Numbered from the stretch's first letter, positions 46,986-58,663 are shown. The stretch: DNA of 64,000 nt from Candidatus Multivoraceae bacterium (GCA_965219625.1 OZ244782.1:182911-246910), one strand, 5' to 3'. The notes: a model not told the origin generated them from the sequence alone. Made by a program: numbers and translations.

Positions 46986-48248
46986 CTATTCTCCGTCGCC
47001 GGACTCGCTTGAACTCGTCAGCAGGCTCGGCATCGGCGTCATGTCGAGGATCCGGGCGCAGCGGTCGAGCGTGCCGTCGACGATGCAGCGCTCGAGGACG
47101 AGCGCCTTCGTGCCGTTCGGGCTGACGTGGAAGAGCCCGTTCTCCGCCCGATAGATCGTGAACAGGACCCCATCCTGCCAACCGGTCGAACGCTCGACGA
47201 GGGCCGATGGCGCCAACGGATCCCGCCAGATGTAGTCGATTCGGTACTGCCCGTCCCGCGTCGCCAAACCGACGAGGCCACGCACCCGCGGCCAGAGGCG
47301 GCCGTCGTAGGCCTCCCTCCCCTCCACCTGCCAATACGATTCCGTCGGTAGGCCGGAGACGCCGAGATCCGGAAGGTGGTAGGCACGGAGCTCGCCGCTC
47401 TTCGTCTCGCTGCTCTTCTTCGCCGACCAGACGACACGATCCTCACCCTGCCAGCGAAGCTGCCCCTCGTCGTCTTCCGGGAACAGCTCGAAGAGGTGGC
47501 TCGCTTCGCCGTCTTCATTGATGTGGACCGTGTAGACGTGAATTTCGCCGTCATCGCTGTCGACCCAGGGAAGCTGCAGGACGGGACCTTCGGAATCCAA
47601 CAAGCGAAACCAATAGAGCGGATTCCCCTCATCCCAAGGCCCATAGGTACCCGGTTCGTCGAAGTGAACGGTGATCAGCCGTTTCACGTCCGCCTTGCTG
47701 GACGCGAAGTCGCCGAGCCTGATCTCCACCCGGTCGAAGAGCGGAATTTCGACCTCGCCGGACTCCCGTTCAGCTACCGCCCAGGCCTCGCCGTCTGGAG
47801 ACACTTCGAAGACTACCTCTGTCAAGTTGGGCCATTCCCTGTTGTCCCAGCTCCAGATCTGCTTCACGTCGCCGCCGGGAAGGATCTCGATGACCTCCTC
47901 CGTCCAGGCGCCGTAGCCGGCGTCATCCAAGGGCCCCTTGACGCTCGTCAGCCAGATGCGACCGTTCTCGAGCTTCCGCATCCGTCGCGCTTCCGTATCC
48001 GGCAACTCGACCGTGTCGAGGAGCGAACCGTCCGTCGCGAACCGCAGGAAGAACGAACCCTCCGCAAGGAAATCATCGAAGATCTGCCCCGGCCGGAGGA
48101 CCGGTCGAAACAGCAGAACAGCCCGCCCGTCGTCCTCGATGTAACCGTCGACGTACTCGCTACGAGGAAGGGTGACCCCGCCGGCGCCGAACAGGACGCC
48201 AACCGACGCAAGGCAGAACAGGTACGTCCAACACGTCCGCTTCGTCAT
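46986..48248 (-). CDS. Array paralog 4: secreted protein of the unnamed ~420-aa family, translationally coupled to the peptidase gene
   Basis: 420 aa. The ATG at 48248 lies 12 nt after the peptidase stop. The spacer reads GGGGGTGACGAG on the coding strand and is Shine-Dalgarno-like. Confidence 0.82.
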   Translation of the reverse strand: MTKRTCWTYLFCLASVGVLFGAGGVTLPRSEYVDGYIEDDGRAVLLFRPVLRPGQIFDDFLAEGSFFLRFATDGSLLDTVELPDTEARRMRKLENGRIWLTSVKGPLDDAGYGAWTEEVIEILPGGDVKQIWSWDNREWPNLTEVVFEVSPDGEAWAVAERESGEVEIPLFDRVEIRLGDFASSKADVKRLITVHFDEPGTYGPWDEGNPLYWFRLLDSEGPVLQLPWVDSDDGEIHVYTVHINEDGEASHLFELFPEDDEGQLRWQGEDRVVWSAKKSSETKSGELRAYHLPDLGVSGLPTESYWQVEGREAYDGRLWPRVRGLVGLATRDGQYRIDYIWRDPLAPSALVERSTGWQDGVLFTIYRAENGLFHVSPNGTKALVLERCIVDGTLDRCARILDMTPMPSLLTSSSESGDGE

Positions 48249-48260
48249 CTCGTCACCCCC

Positions 48261-50807
48261 TCACTCCTCGCAGCTGTTCGGTTCCGGCCCGAACGTCCAG
48301 TCGCCCGTTCCTTCCATCTCGTCCTTCCCGCCCCAGCGGGAGAGCGGGTTCAGCGGAGTCCCGTCAGCGTTCCTGAATGCCAAGTGCAGATGGGCACCGA
48401 ACACGGTCCCTGTCTTTCCGTAGAAGCCGATGAACGAACCCGCATACACCGGCCCCTCCGGGAAATCGGTCCTGACGTCGAGATGGCAGATCTGCCAGTA
48501 CTTGCCGTCCTCCACCGTGATCTTCGCCCAGTGTCCGCAACCGTAGTGGTTTCCCACATCCAGGACCTCCTCTCCAGTCTCCGGGTCTACAGTCCGAGCC
48601 CACTGATCGTGATACGTCAGCATTCCCGTCTCGGGTGAGCGGAACCAGACCGGCGTCCGCTTCGTGTTCATGTCGATACCCGAGTGGTTCCTCTTCGTGT
48701 TCTCTCCGCCCCACGCGGCGCCGAAGAGCTCGTTCTCCTTGAAGTTCCGGCTCCGGCAGTCCGTGAAGTCGGCGACATCCGCCAGATCGTCAATCAGACC
48801 GTCCTCATCCGCGTCGACGTAGTACTCGCGCTTGAAGTTCTCTGCCAGATACTCGTAGATCGGCTCCCAGTCCCACGGATAATCGTCCCAGAAATCCCTT
48901 GGCCACGGCATGTTCACGTCGTACGTGAACTCGTAGTGGTCCTCGATCACCGTGATCACCTCGTCGATGATCGGCGGCGGCGTGTCGCAGTCCGGCTGCT
49001 CGCCTCCGTCGATCGCGCACAACTCCGGACCCTCAACCTCCGCCGTCACGGAATCCGGATCCGCATCGTCCGCGGACGAAGCCTCTTGCTCGGTAGCTCC
49101 AATCGCTTCCACCTTCACGTCGTAACGGTCAGCCGGAACACGGAGCGAACTTCCGGCGTTGCGCCTCACGCACACCTTGTGCTCGCCCGCCTCGAGGTCC
49201 CGCTTCCAGGAGTACGTCCGCGGACCGCCGGTCAGCGGTAGCCCGGTCCGCTCCGTCACCGAGAACTTGACCCGCTGCGCGGACGCCAGAGTGAACCGGT
49301 GGCAAGGGTCGAGCGGCGCAGCGTCGACCACCCGGTCGACCAGAACGCCCTCGGGAAGTGCAACCTCCACTCCATGCGTCGAGCGGGCGCCGAACCAGCC
49401 GTTCGACCCCTTCCTCATCCGCAACTCGAGCTCATACGGCCCTGGGGACTCCGGCGCCGTCATGTCGACCTGGAAGGTATGCACGGCATTCGGCGCGACG
49501 GTGACCCCGGCGGGCAGCTCGACCGCCGCGATCCCCCAATCGCCCGAAACCTCGTTCAGAGCGTAGCCCCCGGAACGCGACCACGTTGTGTTCCCCATGT
49601 TCCGCACGGTCACGCTGACCTGCTCCACGCCGCCGGCGGTCATCGTGCCCGGAACCCCGCTAACCGAATCGAACGACGCGTCGTCCCGCGGCGGCAAGGT
49701 CACCGTGATCGTCTCGCTCGGACTCGCCCAGCCGAACCACTTCGTGCCCCGGAGCATCCGCCAACCGAAACCGTAGCTCCCCGCCGTCGACGGCGCCGTC
49801 ATCGTGAAGGTGAACGCATGGCTCTCGTTCGGCGCGACGCTGCCGGACAAGGCGACTTGGCGGAGCCCCCAAGGCGGCGTCGCCGCGGAGGTATGGGACC
49901 CCAGCTTGTATCCCGCGCCCGCCGTCCACGTCGTTGTGCCCGTGTTCTTCATCGTCACCGTCACCGTCTTCGTCGAACCCGCCGTCATCGACGACGGCAG
50001 GCCGGAGTACGACACGAATCTCGCCTTGTCCGCGGGCGGCGAGGTCACCGTGATCGCGCGGCTCGTACTCGCGTCGCCGAACCACGTCCCGTTTCGCCGC
50101 ATCCGCCAGCTGAAGCTGTAGCTCCCCGCCGTCGACGGCGCCTTGATCGTCAAGGTGAACACGTGGCTCCGGTTCGGCGCCACGCTCCCCGCCACCGTCT
50201 TCTCCTTCAACCCCCAGGTCGTGTTGTTCGGAGCACCCTGAGAACCCAGCTTGTAGCCCCCGCCGGCCGTCCACGTCGTCCCGCCCGTGTTCTTCATCGT
50301 CACCGTCACCGTCTTCGTCGAACCTGCCGTCATCGACGACGGCAGGCCGGCGTACGACACGAAGGACGCGCCGTCCGTCGGCGCGGACGTCACGGTGATC
50401 GTGCGGCTCGGCGTCTGCGCGCCGAACCACGGACTGCCACTGCTCGTGATCGCCGGCGGCGGATTCGGGTTCGTCGGGTCGCCGCCCGACTCGCGGAGCA
50501 TCCGCCAGCGGAAGCTGTAGTTCCCCGGTTTGCTCGGCGCCTTGATCGTCAGCTTGAACGAGTGAACGCCGTTCGGCGCGACGCTGCCCGATACCGCCTT
50601 CCGATTCAAGCCCCACGTCGTGTTGTTCACCGGAGATTGGGAACCCAGCTGGTAGCCCTTGCTCCCCGTCCATGTCGTCCCGCCCGTGTTCCGCATCCTC
50701 ACCGTGACGACCCGCGTCTCCCCCGTCCGGAGCGACGACGGCAGGCCCGTGGTCGACACGAACGCAGCGTTGTCCGAAGCCGGCGGGCGAGCCGGCGGCC
50801 GCGTCAC
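48261..50807 (-). CDS. Major (C-terminal) part of a split gene: four NBR1-type Ig-like repeats, a beta-sandwich-like module, an acidic linker and an M23 (LytM-type) metallopeptidase domain
   Basis: The repeats fit the NBR1 FW/Ig pattern (FVSYAGLPSSM..G.TKTVTVTMKNTGGTTW...AP..AGSYSFSWRM...WFG...ITVT). The M23 motifs are HSGID (HxxxD) and GAHLHLAF (HxH), encoded at about 48342-48695. This frame stays open upstream to the poly-G tract (50849), where it reads DRWFGGRSPNRTIKVT, the end of another repeat. The GTG at 50807 is therefore probably not the native start, and this part has no signal peptide. Confidence 0.85.
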   Translation of the reverse strand: MTRPPARPPASDNAAFVSTTGLPSSLRTGETRVVTVRMRNTGGTTWTGSKGYQLGSQSPVNNTTWGLNRKAVSGSVAPNGVHSFKLTIKAPSKPGNYSFRWRMLRESGGDPTNPNPPPAITSSGSPWFGAQTPSRTITVTSAPTDGASFVSYAGLPSSMTAGSTKTVTVTMKNTGGTTWTAGGGYKLGSQGAPNNTTWGLKEKTVAGSVAPNRSHVFTLTIKAPSTAGSYSFSWRMRRNGTWFGDASTSRAITVTSPPADKARFVSYSGLPSSMTAGSTKTVTVTMKNTGTTTWTAGAGYKLGSHTSAATPPWGLRQVALSGSVAPNESHAFTFTMTAPSTAGSYGFGWRMLRGTKWFGWASPSETITVTLPPRDDASFDSVSGVPGTMTAGGVEQVSVTVRNMGNTTWSRSGGYALNEVSGDWGIAAVELPAGVTVAPNAVHTFQVDMTAPESPGPYELELRMRKGSNGWFGARSTHGVEVALPEGVLVDRVVDAAPLDPCHRFTLASAQRVKFSVTERTGLPLTGGPRTYSWKRDLEAGEHKVCVRRNAGSSLRVPADRYDVKVEAIGATEQEASSADDADPDSVTAEVEGPELCAIDGGEQPDCDTPPPIIDEVITVIEDHYEFTYDVNMPWPRDFWDDYPWDWEPIYEYLAENFKREYYVDADEDGLIDDLADVADFTDCRSRNFKENELFGAAWGGENTKRNHSGIDMNTKRTPVWFRSPETGMLTYHDQWARTVDPETGEEVLDVGNHYGCGHWAKITVEDGKYWQICHLDVRTDFPEGPVYAGSFIGFYGKTGTVFGAHLHLAFRNADGTPLNPLSRWGGKDEMEGTGDWTFGPEPNSCEE

Positions 50808-51195
50808 CTTGATCGTGCGGTTCGGCGACCGACCGCCGAACCAGCGGTCACCCCCCCCCCCCGAGGATCGCGACCGGCGGATTCGGGTCGAGCGGGTCCG
50901 GCTTGAGTTCGCGGAGCATCCGCCAGCGGAAAGCGTAGGTCCCCGGCTTCTTCGGTGCGGTAATCGCCAGCTTGAACGAATGAACGCCGTTCGGCGCGAC
51001 GCTCCCCGACACCGCCTTCCGCTTCAACCCCCACGTCGTGTTGTTCGCCGGAGATTGGGAACCCAGCTGGTAGCCCTTGCTCCCCGTCCATCTCGTCGTC
51101 CCGGTGTTCCGCATCCTCACCGTGACGACCCGCGTCTCCCCCGTCTTCATCGACGACGGCAGGCCCGTGGTCGACACGAACGCAGCGTTGTCCGC
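49356..51195 (-). repeat. Five tandem intragenic domain repeats (~115-139 codons each) encoding NBR1-type Ig-like domains
   Basis: Repeats 1 and 2 recur with a 418-bp period (tcgcggagcatccgccagcgga at 50491 and 50909), which is 139 codons plus 1 nt. Repeats 3 to 5 are progressively more diverged. Confidence 0.85.
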
Positions 51196-51300
51196 CGCGC
51201 TCGCCATGCCGGCAGCAAGCGCCAAGCACGCGATGCAGAAAGTCAGACGGCAGAACGCGAGACGCCGGCACACAACACGCCCGACGGTCGAGTCGGTCAT
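50848..51300 (-). CDS. N-terminal part of the same split gene: signal peptide plus the first NBR1-type Ig-like repeat, ending in the poly-G tract
   Basis: The ATG at 51300 gives MTDSTVGRVVCRRLAFCRLTFCIACLALAAGMASA/ADNAAF. The first repeat is about 90% identical at DNA level to the second. The frame ends ...PPVAILGGGG-TGA, with the stop immediately after the G12 run. Confidence 0.8.
   Translation of the reverse strand: MTDSTVGRVVCRRLAFCRLTFCIACLALAAGMASAADNAAFVSTTGLPSSMKTGETRVVTVRMRNTGTTRWTGSKGYQLGSQSPANNTTWGLKRKAVSGSVAPNGVHSFKLAITAPKKPGTYAFRWRMLRELKPDPLDPNPPVAILGGGG
50851..50862 (-). repeat. Homopolymeric tract: 12 C on the plus strand, which is 12 G on the coding strand
   Basis: I counted this directly: a(50850), c x12 (50851-50862), g(50863). 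No other homopolymer of comparable length was noticed in the window. Confidence 0.95.
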
Positions 51301-51546
51301 CGAAGTCACGTGAAACACCGGCAACGGCATGACTGCTTGCGCCCGCCTGTTCAAGATATTGAAGGGTGATGACAATCTACAGCACATTCGCGCCGCCTTG
51401 TCAAGGTCGACCTCTGTCCGTACGGCCGATCAGGTGGCCTCCTGGGGCCGGAACCTCGCCTCGACTCCGGGCGAGGCCAGCAACCGGCCGGCTGCCAGCC
51501 GCAGGCCCGGATCCGGCTTTTCGGGGCGTTTTGCGTCTTAGTCCGT

Positions 51547-53064
51547 GTGATCGCATTCATGAGCTCCGCCACCCCCTGGGGAATCGAAGCGCGGGAGGTC
51601 CAGGTCGAAGTCGGGGTCTACTTCGGGCTGCCGGCGATGCAGCTCATCGGCTTGCCGGACACGGCAGTCCGAGAGAGCCGCGATCGGGTGCGCTCGGCGA
51701 TTCGCAGCAGCGGCTACACCTTGCAGAACCGGAACGTGGTGATCAACTTGGCTCCGGCGGACCTGCGCAAGGAGGGCAATCAGCTCGACCTGCCGATCGC
51801 CCTGGGCCTCTTGACGGCTCACGGCGAATTGCTGCCGGAAGCCCTCGAAGGTCGCCTGGCTTGCGGCGAACTCGGCCTGGACGGGGAGGTGCGGCCGATC
51901 CGTGGCGCTCTCTCCATCGCCGAGCTCGCCGGGCGCCTCGGCATTCGCGAACTCCTGCTTCCGGCGAGGAACAGCGGCCAGGCGGCGGCGCTGGCGAAGA
52001 CGGCGGTGATTCCGGTAACGACGCTGCGCGAGGCGATCGAGCACCTGGTCGGCGACGACACGATCGACCCCGCAACGCCCATCCCCCGGAACGACCGCGA
52101 CGCCTCGGGTCCGGACTTCGCCGACGTGCGGGGCCAGCAGACGGCGAAGCGCGCCCTCGAGATCGCGGCCGCTGGCGGCCACAACGTTCTGTTCATCGGC
52201 CCGCCGGGCAGCGGCAAGACGATGCTCGCCCGACGACTGCCCGGGATTCTGCCTCCGCTGACGCAGACCGAGGCGATCACGGTGACGAAGATCCACTCCC
52301 TCGCCGGCACCGCGCGGGGCGACAGCCTGATGTGGACGCGGCCCTTCCGTTGCCCCCACGCCGGCGTATCCTCGTCCGGCCTGATCGGCGGAGGTTCGAT
52401 TCCCCGCCCGGGTGAGATCAGCCTCGCGCATGCCGGCGTCCTCTTCCTCGACGAATTCCCGGAGTTTCGCCGCGACGCGCTGGAAGCGCTCCGCCAGCCG
52501 CTCGAGGACGGTCTGGTCACCGTGGTCCGCGCACAGGCCCGGCTCACCTTTCCCGCCCGCTTCACCCTGGTTGCCGCGTCGAACCCCTGCCCTTGCGGTC
52601 ACCTGGGCGATCCGCGATCGGACTGCACCTGCAGCGCGCGGGATGTCGACCGCTACCAGCGCCAACTGTCCGGGCCGCTTCTCGACCGGATCGATCTCCA
52701 CATCGAAATGCCCGTACCCAGCCTGGAGGATCTCAAGGGGCCCCAGGGGGAGCGGTCCGAGGCGATCGCCGAGCGCGTCGCGCAGGCGCGAGAATCCCAG
52801 GCGGCGCGGTTCGCTCCAGGGCACCCGATGCCCGTAAACAACGCGCTCGAACGTTCGCAACTCGACCGGGACTGTCAGCCAACGGACGCGGCTCGGAGTC
52901 TGATCGACGCCGCATTCAAGCGCTTGGCGATGTCCGCCCGAGCACTCACCCGGTCGCTCAAGGTCGCCCGCACGATCGCTGATCTCGACGAGTCCCCGAC
53001 AATCGACGTCACCCATGTCGCCGAAGCCATCCAGTACCGGCCACTGGATCGGAGCGCGACCTGA
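51547..53064 (+). CDS. comM: YifB/ComM-family Mg-chelatase-like AAA+ ATPase
   Basis: The Lon-like N-terminal domain includes GLPDTAVRESRDRV. The AAA+ core has Walker A GPPGSGKTMLA, and LFLDEFPEF is present. The start is the GTG at 51547 or the ATG at 51559. Confidence 0.9.
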   Translation: MIAFMSSATPWGIEAREVQVEVGVYFGLPAMQLIGLPDTAVRESRDRVRSAIRSSGYTLQNRNVVINLAPADLRKEGNQLDLPIALGLLTAHGELLPEALEGRLACGELGLDGEVRPIRGALSIAELAGRLGIRELLLPARNSGQAAALAKTAVIPVTTLREAIEHLVGDDTIDPATPIPRNDRDASGPDFADVRGQQTAKRALEIAAAGGHNVLFIGPPGSGKTMLARRLPGILPPLTQTEAITVTKIHSLAGTARGDSLMWTRPFRCPHAGVSSSGLIGGGSIPRPGEISLAHAGVLFLDEFPEFRRDALEALRQPLEDGLVTVVRAQARLTFPARFTLVAASNPCPCGHLGDPRSDCTCSARDVDRYQRQLSGPLLDRIDLHIEMPVPSLEDLKGPQGERSEAIAERVAQARESQAARFAPGHPMPVNNALERSQLDRDCQPTDAARSLIDAAFKRLAMSARALTRSLKVARTIADLDESPTIDVTHVAEAIQYRPLDRSAT

Positions 53065-53077
53065 CGTCGAAGCGGAA

Positions 53078-53118
53078 GGCGGCCGGGCGGGGCCTCCCCT
53101 CCGCCCCGCCCGGCCGCC
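53078..53118 (+). terminator. Perfect 16-bp G+C-rich hairpin downstream of comM (terminator-like, no U-tract)
   Basis: GGCGGCCGGGCGGGGC (53078-53093) pairs with GCCCCGCCCGGCCGCC (53103-53118) across a 9-nt loop. The hairpin starts 14 nt after the comM stop. Confidence 0.45.
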
Positions 53119-53313
53119 GACCTCCAGGAGGAACGTCGAGCGCCGTTCCGGCGCTGCTAGAATCCTGCGCGCACGGACGCGACGCCAGCGCTCGGCGACG
53201 CTCGGGTGCTTGACATCACGACTCTCTCGGCGGATAATATTCGGATTCCTCGATACGCAGTCCGTAGGCGGACGCCCTCTGCGACTCCGCCCCCGGATAA
53301 GGCGCCAATCGGC

Positions 53314-54186
53314 ATGCGGCCCAGGCTTCACACCATCGTATTCATCCCGCGCTCGCGGGGACGCACGCGGCAGTTTCACGTCCGCACCCGCTGGCTCTGG
53401 GCCGGAGCGCTGGGCGGCGCTCTCCTGCTCGGCGCCTCCGGCTGGATCCTCGTCTCCGAGAGCGCTGCCGTTCTCAAGGCCCGCGATCTCGCCCGGATGG
53501 AGCGCGAGAATGAAGACCTGCGCCACATGAACGAGTCCCTCGAAACCTCGGTCTCCCGACTCCAGACGGCGCTGAACGATGCCGAGGACCGCACGCGAGA
53601 CCTGGCGATCGTCGCCGGGCTCGATCAGGCGATCGGCGGCGAGCCGGAGAACCGTCTCTCCGAGAGCGGCGCCGGCGGCGGCTACTCGAGGCCGGGCGGT
53701 CACGATCTGCCCTTGCTCCAGGCGCGCGCCGGCCTGCTCGACCGCCAGCTCCAGGCGGTCGACGACGCGCTCCAGGAGCGTCGGTTGGCGCTGCGCTCCA
53801 CGCCGATGGTCTGGCCTGTTCGCGGCGTGATCAACAGCGGCTTCGGCTTCCGCCAGGATCCGATCACCGGCCAGCGATCCCGCCACCTCGGCATCGACAT
53901 TTCGGCCGAACGCGGTCAACCCGTGACGGCTACCGCCGACGGGCTCGTCGTCCGAGCGGAACGGATCGGCAACCTCGGCCGCGCCGTCTACGTCTCCCAC
54001 CGATTCGGCTACCAGACCCGCTACGGCCACATGTCGAAGATCCTCGTCGAAGAGGGCAGCGAGGTGCGTCGCGGAGACCTTCTGGGGTACGTCGGCAACT
54101 CGGGGCGGGCGACCGGCTACCACCTGCACTATGAAGTGCGGCGAAGCGGCGCCGCGCACGATCCAGTCGACTACTTGCGGGACTGA
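53314..54186 (+). CDS. M23-family murein endopeptidase (MepM/EnvC-like) with N-terminal TM anchor and coiled coil
   Basis: The ATG is at 53314 (MRPRLHTIVF). A TM segment (WLWAGALGGALLLGASGWILV) is followed by HLGIDISA (HxxxD) and TGYHLHYEV (HxH). Confidence 0.88.
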   Translation: MRPRLHTIVFIPRSRGRTRQFHVRTRWLWAGALGGALLLGASGWILVSESAAVLKARDLARMERENEDLRHMNESLETSVSRLQTALNDAEDRTRDLAIVAGLDQAIGGEPENRLSESGAGGGYSRPGGHDLPLLQARAGLLDRQLQAVDDALQERRLALRSTPMVWPVRGVINSGFGFRQDPITGQRSRHLGIDISAERGQPVTATADGLVVRAERIGNLGRAVYVSHRFGYQTRYGHMSKILVEEGSEVRRGDLLGYVGNSGRATGYHLHYEVRRSGAAHDPVDYLRD

Positions 54187-54358
54187 CTCTCCCGGCCGTC
54201 GACCGCAGGCCGAGTTCAGCGACAGCGGATCGATCGTCTCGCCCCAGGGTTCCGCGAACCCACCCCGCGGCAGAGCGAAGATGCGCCGGAACTTGTTACG
54301 CTGACCTCTGAGTCCGCCCCTACCGAACACAGCGCCGCCCAACCCGCAAGACAAGCCG

Positions 54359-57151
<2,793 letters not shown>

Positions 57152-57202
57152 CCGGACCTTTCGCCAGCTCCGGGAGCGGTCGTTCGACTGATAGCTTGCC
57201 GC

Positions 57203-58663
57203 ATGGAACCACCCCCGCTCGCGCTGACCTTCGACGACGTCCTGCTCGCTCCCGGACTGTCGGAGGTCCACCCGAACGACGTCGACCTGGGCACCCGGCT
57301 GACGCGGAGCATCAGGCTGAACATCCCCCTCGTCTCGGCGGCGATGGACACCGTCACGGAGGCCGAGCTCGCGATCGCCCTCGCCCAGGAGGGCGGCATC
57401 GGCGTGATCCACAAGAACCTGTCGATCGAAGCCCAGGCCACGGAGGTCGACCGGGTGAAGAGGTCGGAGGCCGGCATGATCGTCAACCCGATCACGATCC
57501 GCCCGGAGCAGCGCATCCACGAGGCCCTGGACCTGATGGCGCGCTACAAGATCTCGGGCGTTCCGGTAGCCGACCGGGACGGTCACCTCGTCGGCATCCT
57601 GACGAACCGCGACCTCCGCTTCGAGACGGACACGGAACGGCCGGTGGCCGACCTGATGACGCACGAGAACCTCGTCACTGTGCCGGAGGGAACCACCCTG
57701 GACGAGGCGAAGGCCGAACTCCATCGTCATCGCATCGAGAAGCTGCTCGTGACGGACGACGAGGGCAACCTGAAGGGCCTCATCACGGTGAAGGACATCC
57801 AGAAGATGATGGACTTCCCGATCGCCTGCAAGGATGACCTCGGTCGGCTGAGGGTCGCGGCCGCGGTGGGAACGGGAGGCGACTGCCTGGACCGAGCGCT
57901 GGCCCTGGCCGCGGCGCAGGCGGACGTACTCGTCGTCGACTCCTCCCATGCTCACAGCCGCGGAGTGCTCGACGCGGTGGAGAGGATTCGAGGTGCGCTT
58001 CCCGAGGTTCAACTCCTCGTCGGCAACGTCGCGACGGCCGAGGGCGCGCGCGCACTGGCCGAACGGGGCGCCGACGGAATCAAGGTCGGCATCGGACCAG
58101 GCAGCATCTGCACGACCCGTGTCGTCACCGGCGCCGGCATGCCACAGGTGACGGCGATTCGGGACGCCGCCGCTGCCGTCGAGGACCTGCCCGTCGTCGC
58201 GGACGGCGGGATTCGCTTCTCGGGCGATCTGACGAAGGCGCTGGCCTGCGGCGCCCACAGCGTGATGGTCGGGTCCCTGCTTGCCGGCACGGAAGAAAGC
58301 CCCGGCGAGACGATTCTCTATCAGGGGCGCAGTTACAAGGCGTACCGCGGCATGGGCTCGCTCTCGGCGATGGCCAAGGGCAGCGCGGACCGCTACTTTC
58401 AGTCCGACGACCAGCCGTTGTCGAAGCTCGTGCCGGAGGGCATCGAAGGCATGGTGCCGCACAAGGGCAGCGTCCACCAGGTGATCGGCCAGCTCACCGG
58501 CGGTCTGCGATCCGGCATGGGGTTAGCGGGCTGCGCCACCGTCAGCGAACTCAGGACTCGAGCACGGATGATCCGCGTTACCGCCGCGGGCCAGAAGGAA
58601 GGGCACGCCCACGACGTCGTCATCACGAAGGAAGCGCCGAACTACTGGGTCGACCGGAACTGA
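57203..58663 (+). CDS. guaB: Inosine-5'-monophosphate dehydrogenase
   Basis: 486 aa with a CBS pair. The catalytic loop reads [13 protein letters not shown], and YRGMGS is present. Confidence 0.95.
   Translation: MEPPPLALTFDDVLLAPGLSEVHPNDVDLGTRLTRSIRLNIPLVSAAMDTVTEAELAIALAQEGGIGVIHKNLSIEAQATEVDRVKRSEAGMIVNPITIRPEQRIHEALDLMARYKISGVPVADRDGHLVGILTNRDLRFETDTERPVADLMTHENLVTVPEGTTLDEAKAELHRHRIEKLLVTDDEGNLKGLITVKDIQKMMDFPIACKDDLGRLRVAAAVGTGGDCLDRALALAAAQADVLVVDSSHAHSRGVLDAVERIRGALPEVQLLVGNVATAEGARALAERGADGIKVGIGPGSICTTRVVTGAGMPQVTAIRDAAAAVEDLPVVADGGIRFSGDLTKALACGAHSVMVGSLLAGTEESPGETILYQGRSYKAYRGMGSLSAMAKGSADRYFQSDDQPLSKLVPEGIEGMVPHKGSVHQVIGQLTGGLRSGMGLAGCATVSELRTRARMIRVTAAGQKEGHAHDVVITKEAPNYWVDRN

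Noticed and set aside
41836-48248. The regular ~1.5-kb periodic repeats could be mistaken for a CRISPR-like or satellite array.
   Set aside because: The repeat unit is a whole protein-coding gene plus a relic. There are no short repeat/spacer units of about 25-50 bp and no cas genes anywhere in the window.
48261-48300. The conserved C-terminal tail WTFGPEPNSCEE as a PEP-CTERM-type sorting signal.
   Set aside because: PEP-CTERM signals have a TM helix and a basic cluster after the PEP motif. Here the protein ends 6 residues after PEP. Conservation of the tail in the relics is explained by the duplication junction.
41422-50906. Plus-strand ORFs running through the paralog array and peptidase gene: 41422..43977, 44331..45596, 45847..46917, 47376..48638 and 49299..50906.
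   Set aside because: They are mirror images of the minus-strand genes. They repeat only because the minus-strand genes repeat. They lack signal peptides and motifs and are Arg/Pro-rich. The minus-strand frames carry the M23, NBR1-type and signal-peptide features.
41300-51600. The accessory region as a mobile genomic island.
   Set aside because: No integrase, transposase, tRNA attachment site or flanking direct repeats were seen at its borders. The internal repeats are tandem gene duplications. A compositional test (GC or codon usage against the flanks) would be needed and was not done.
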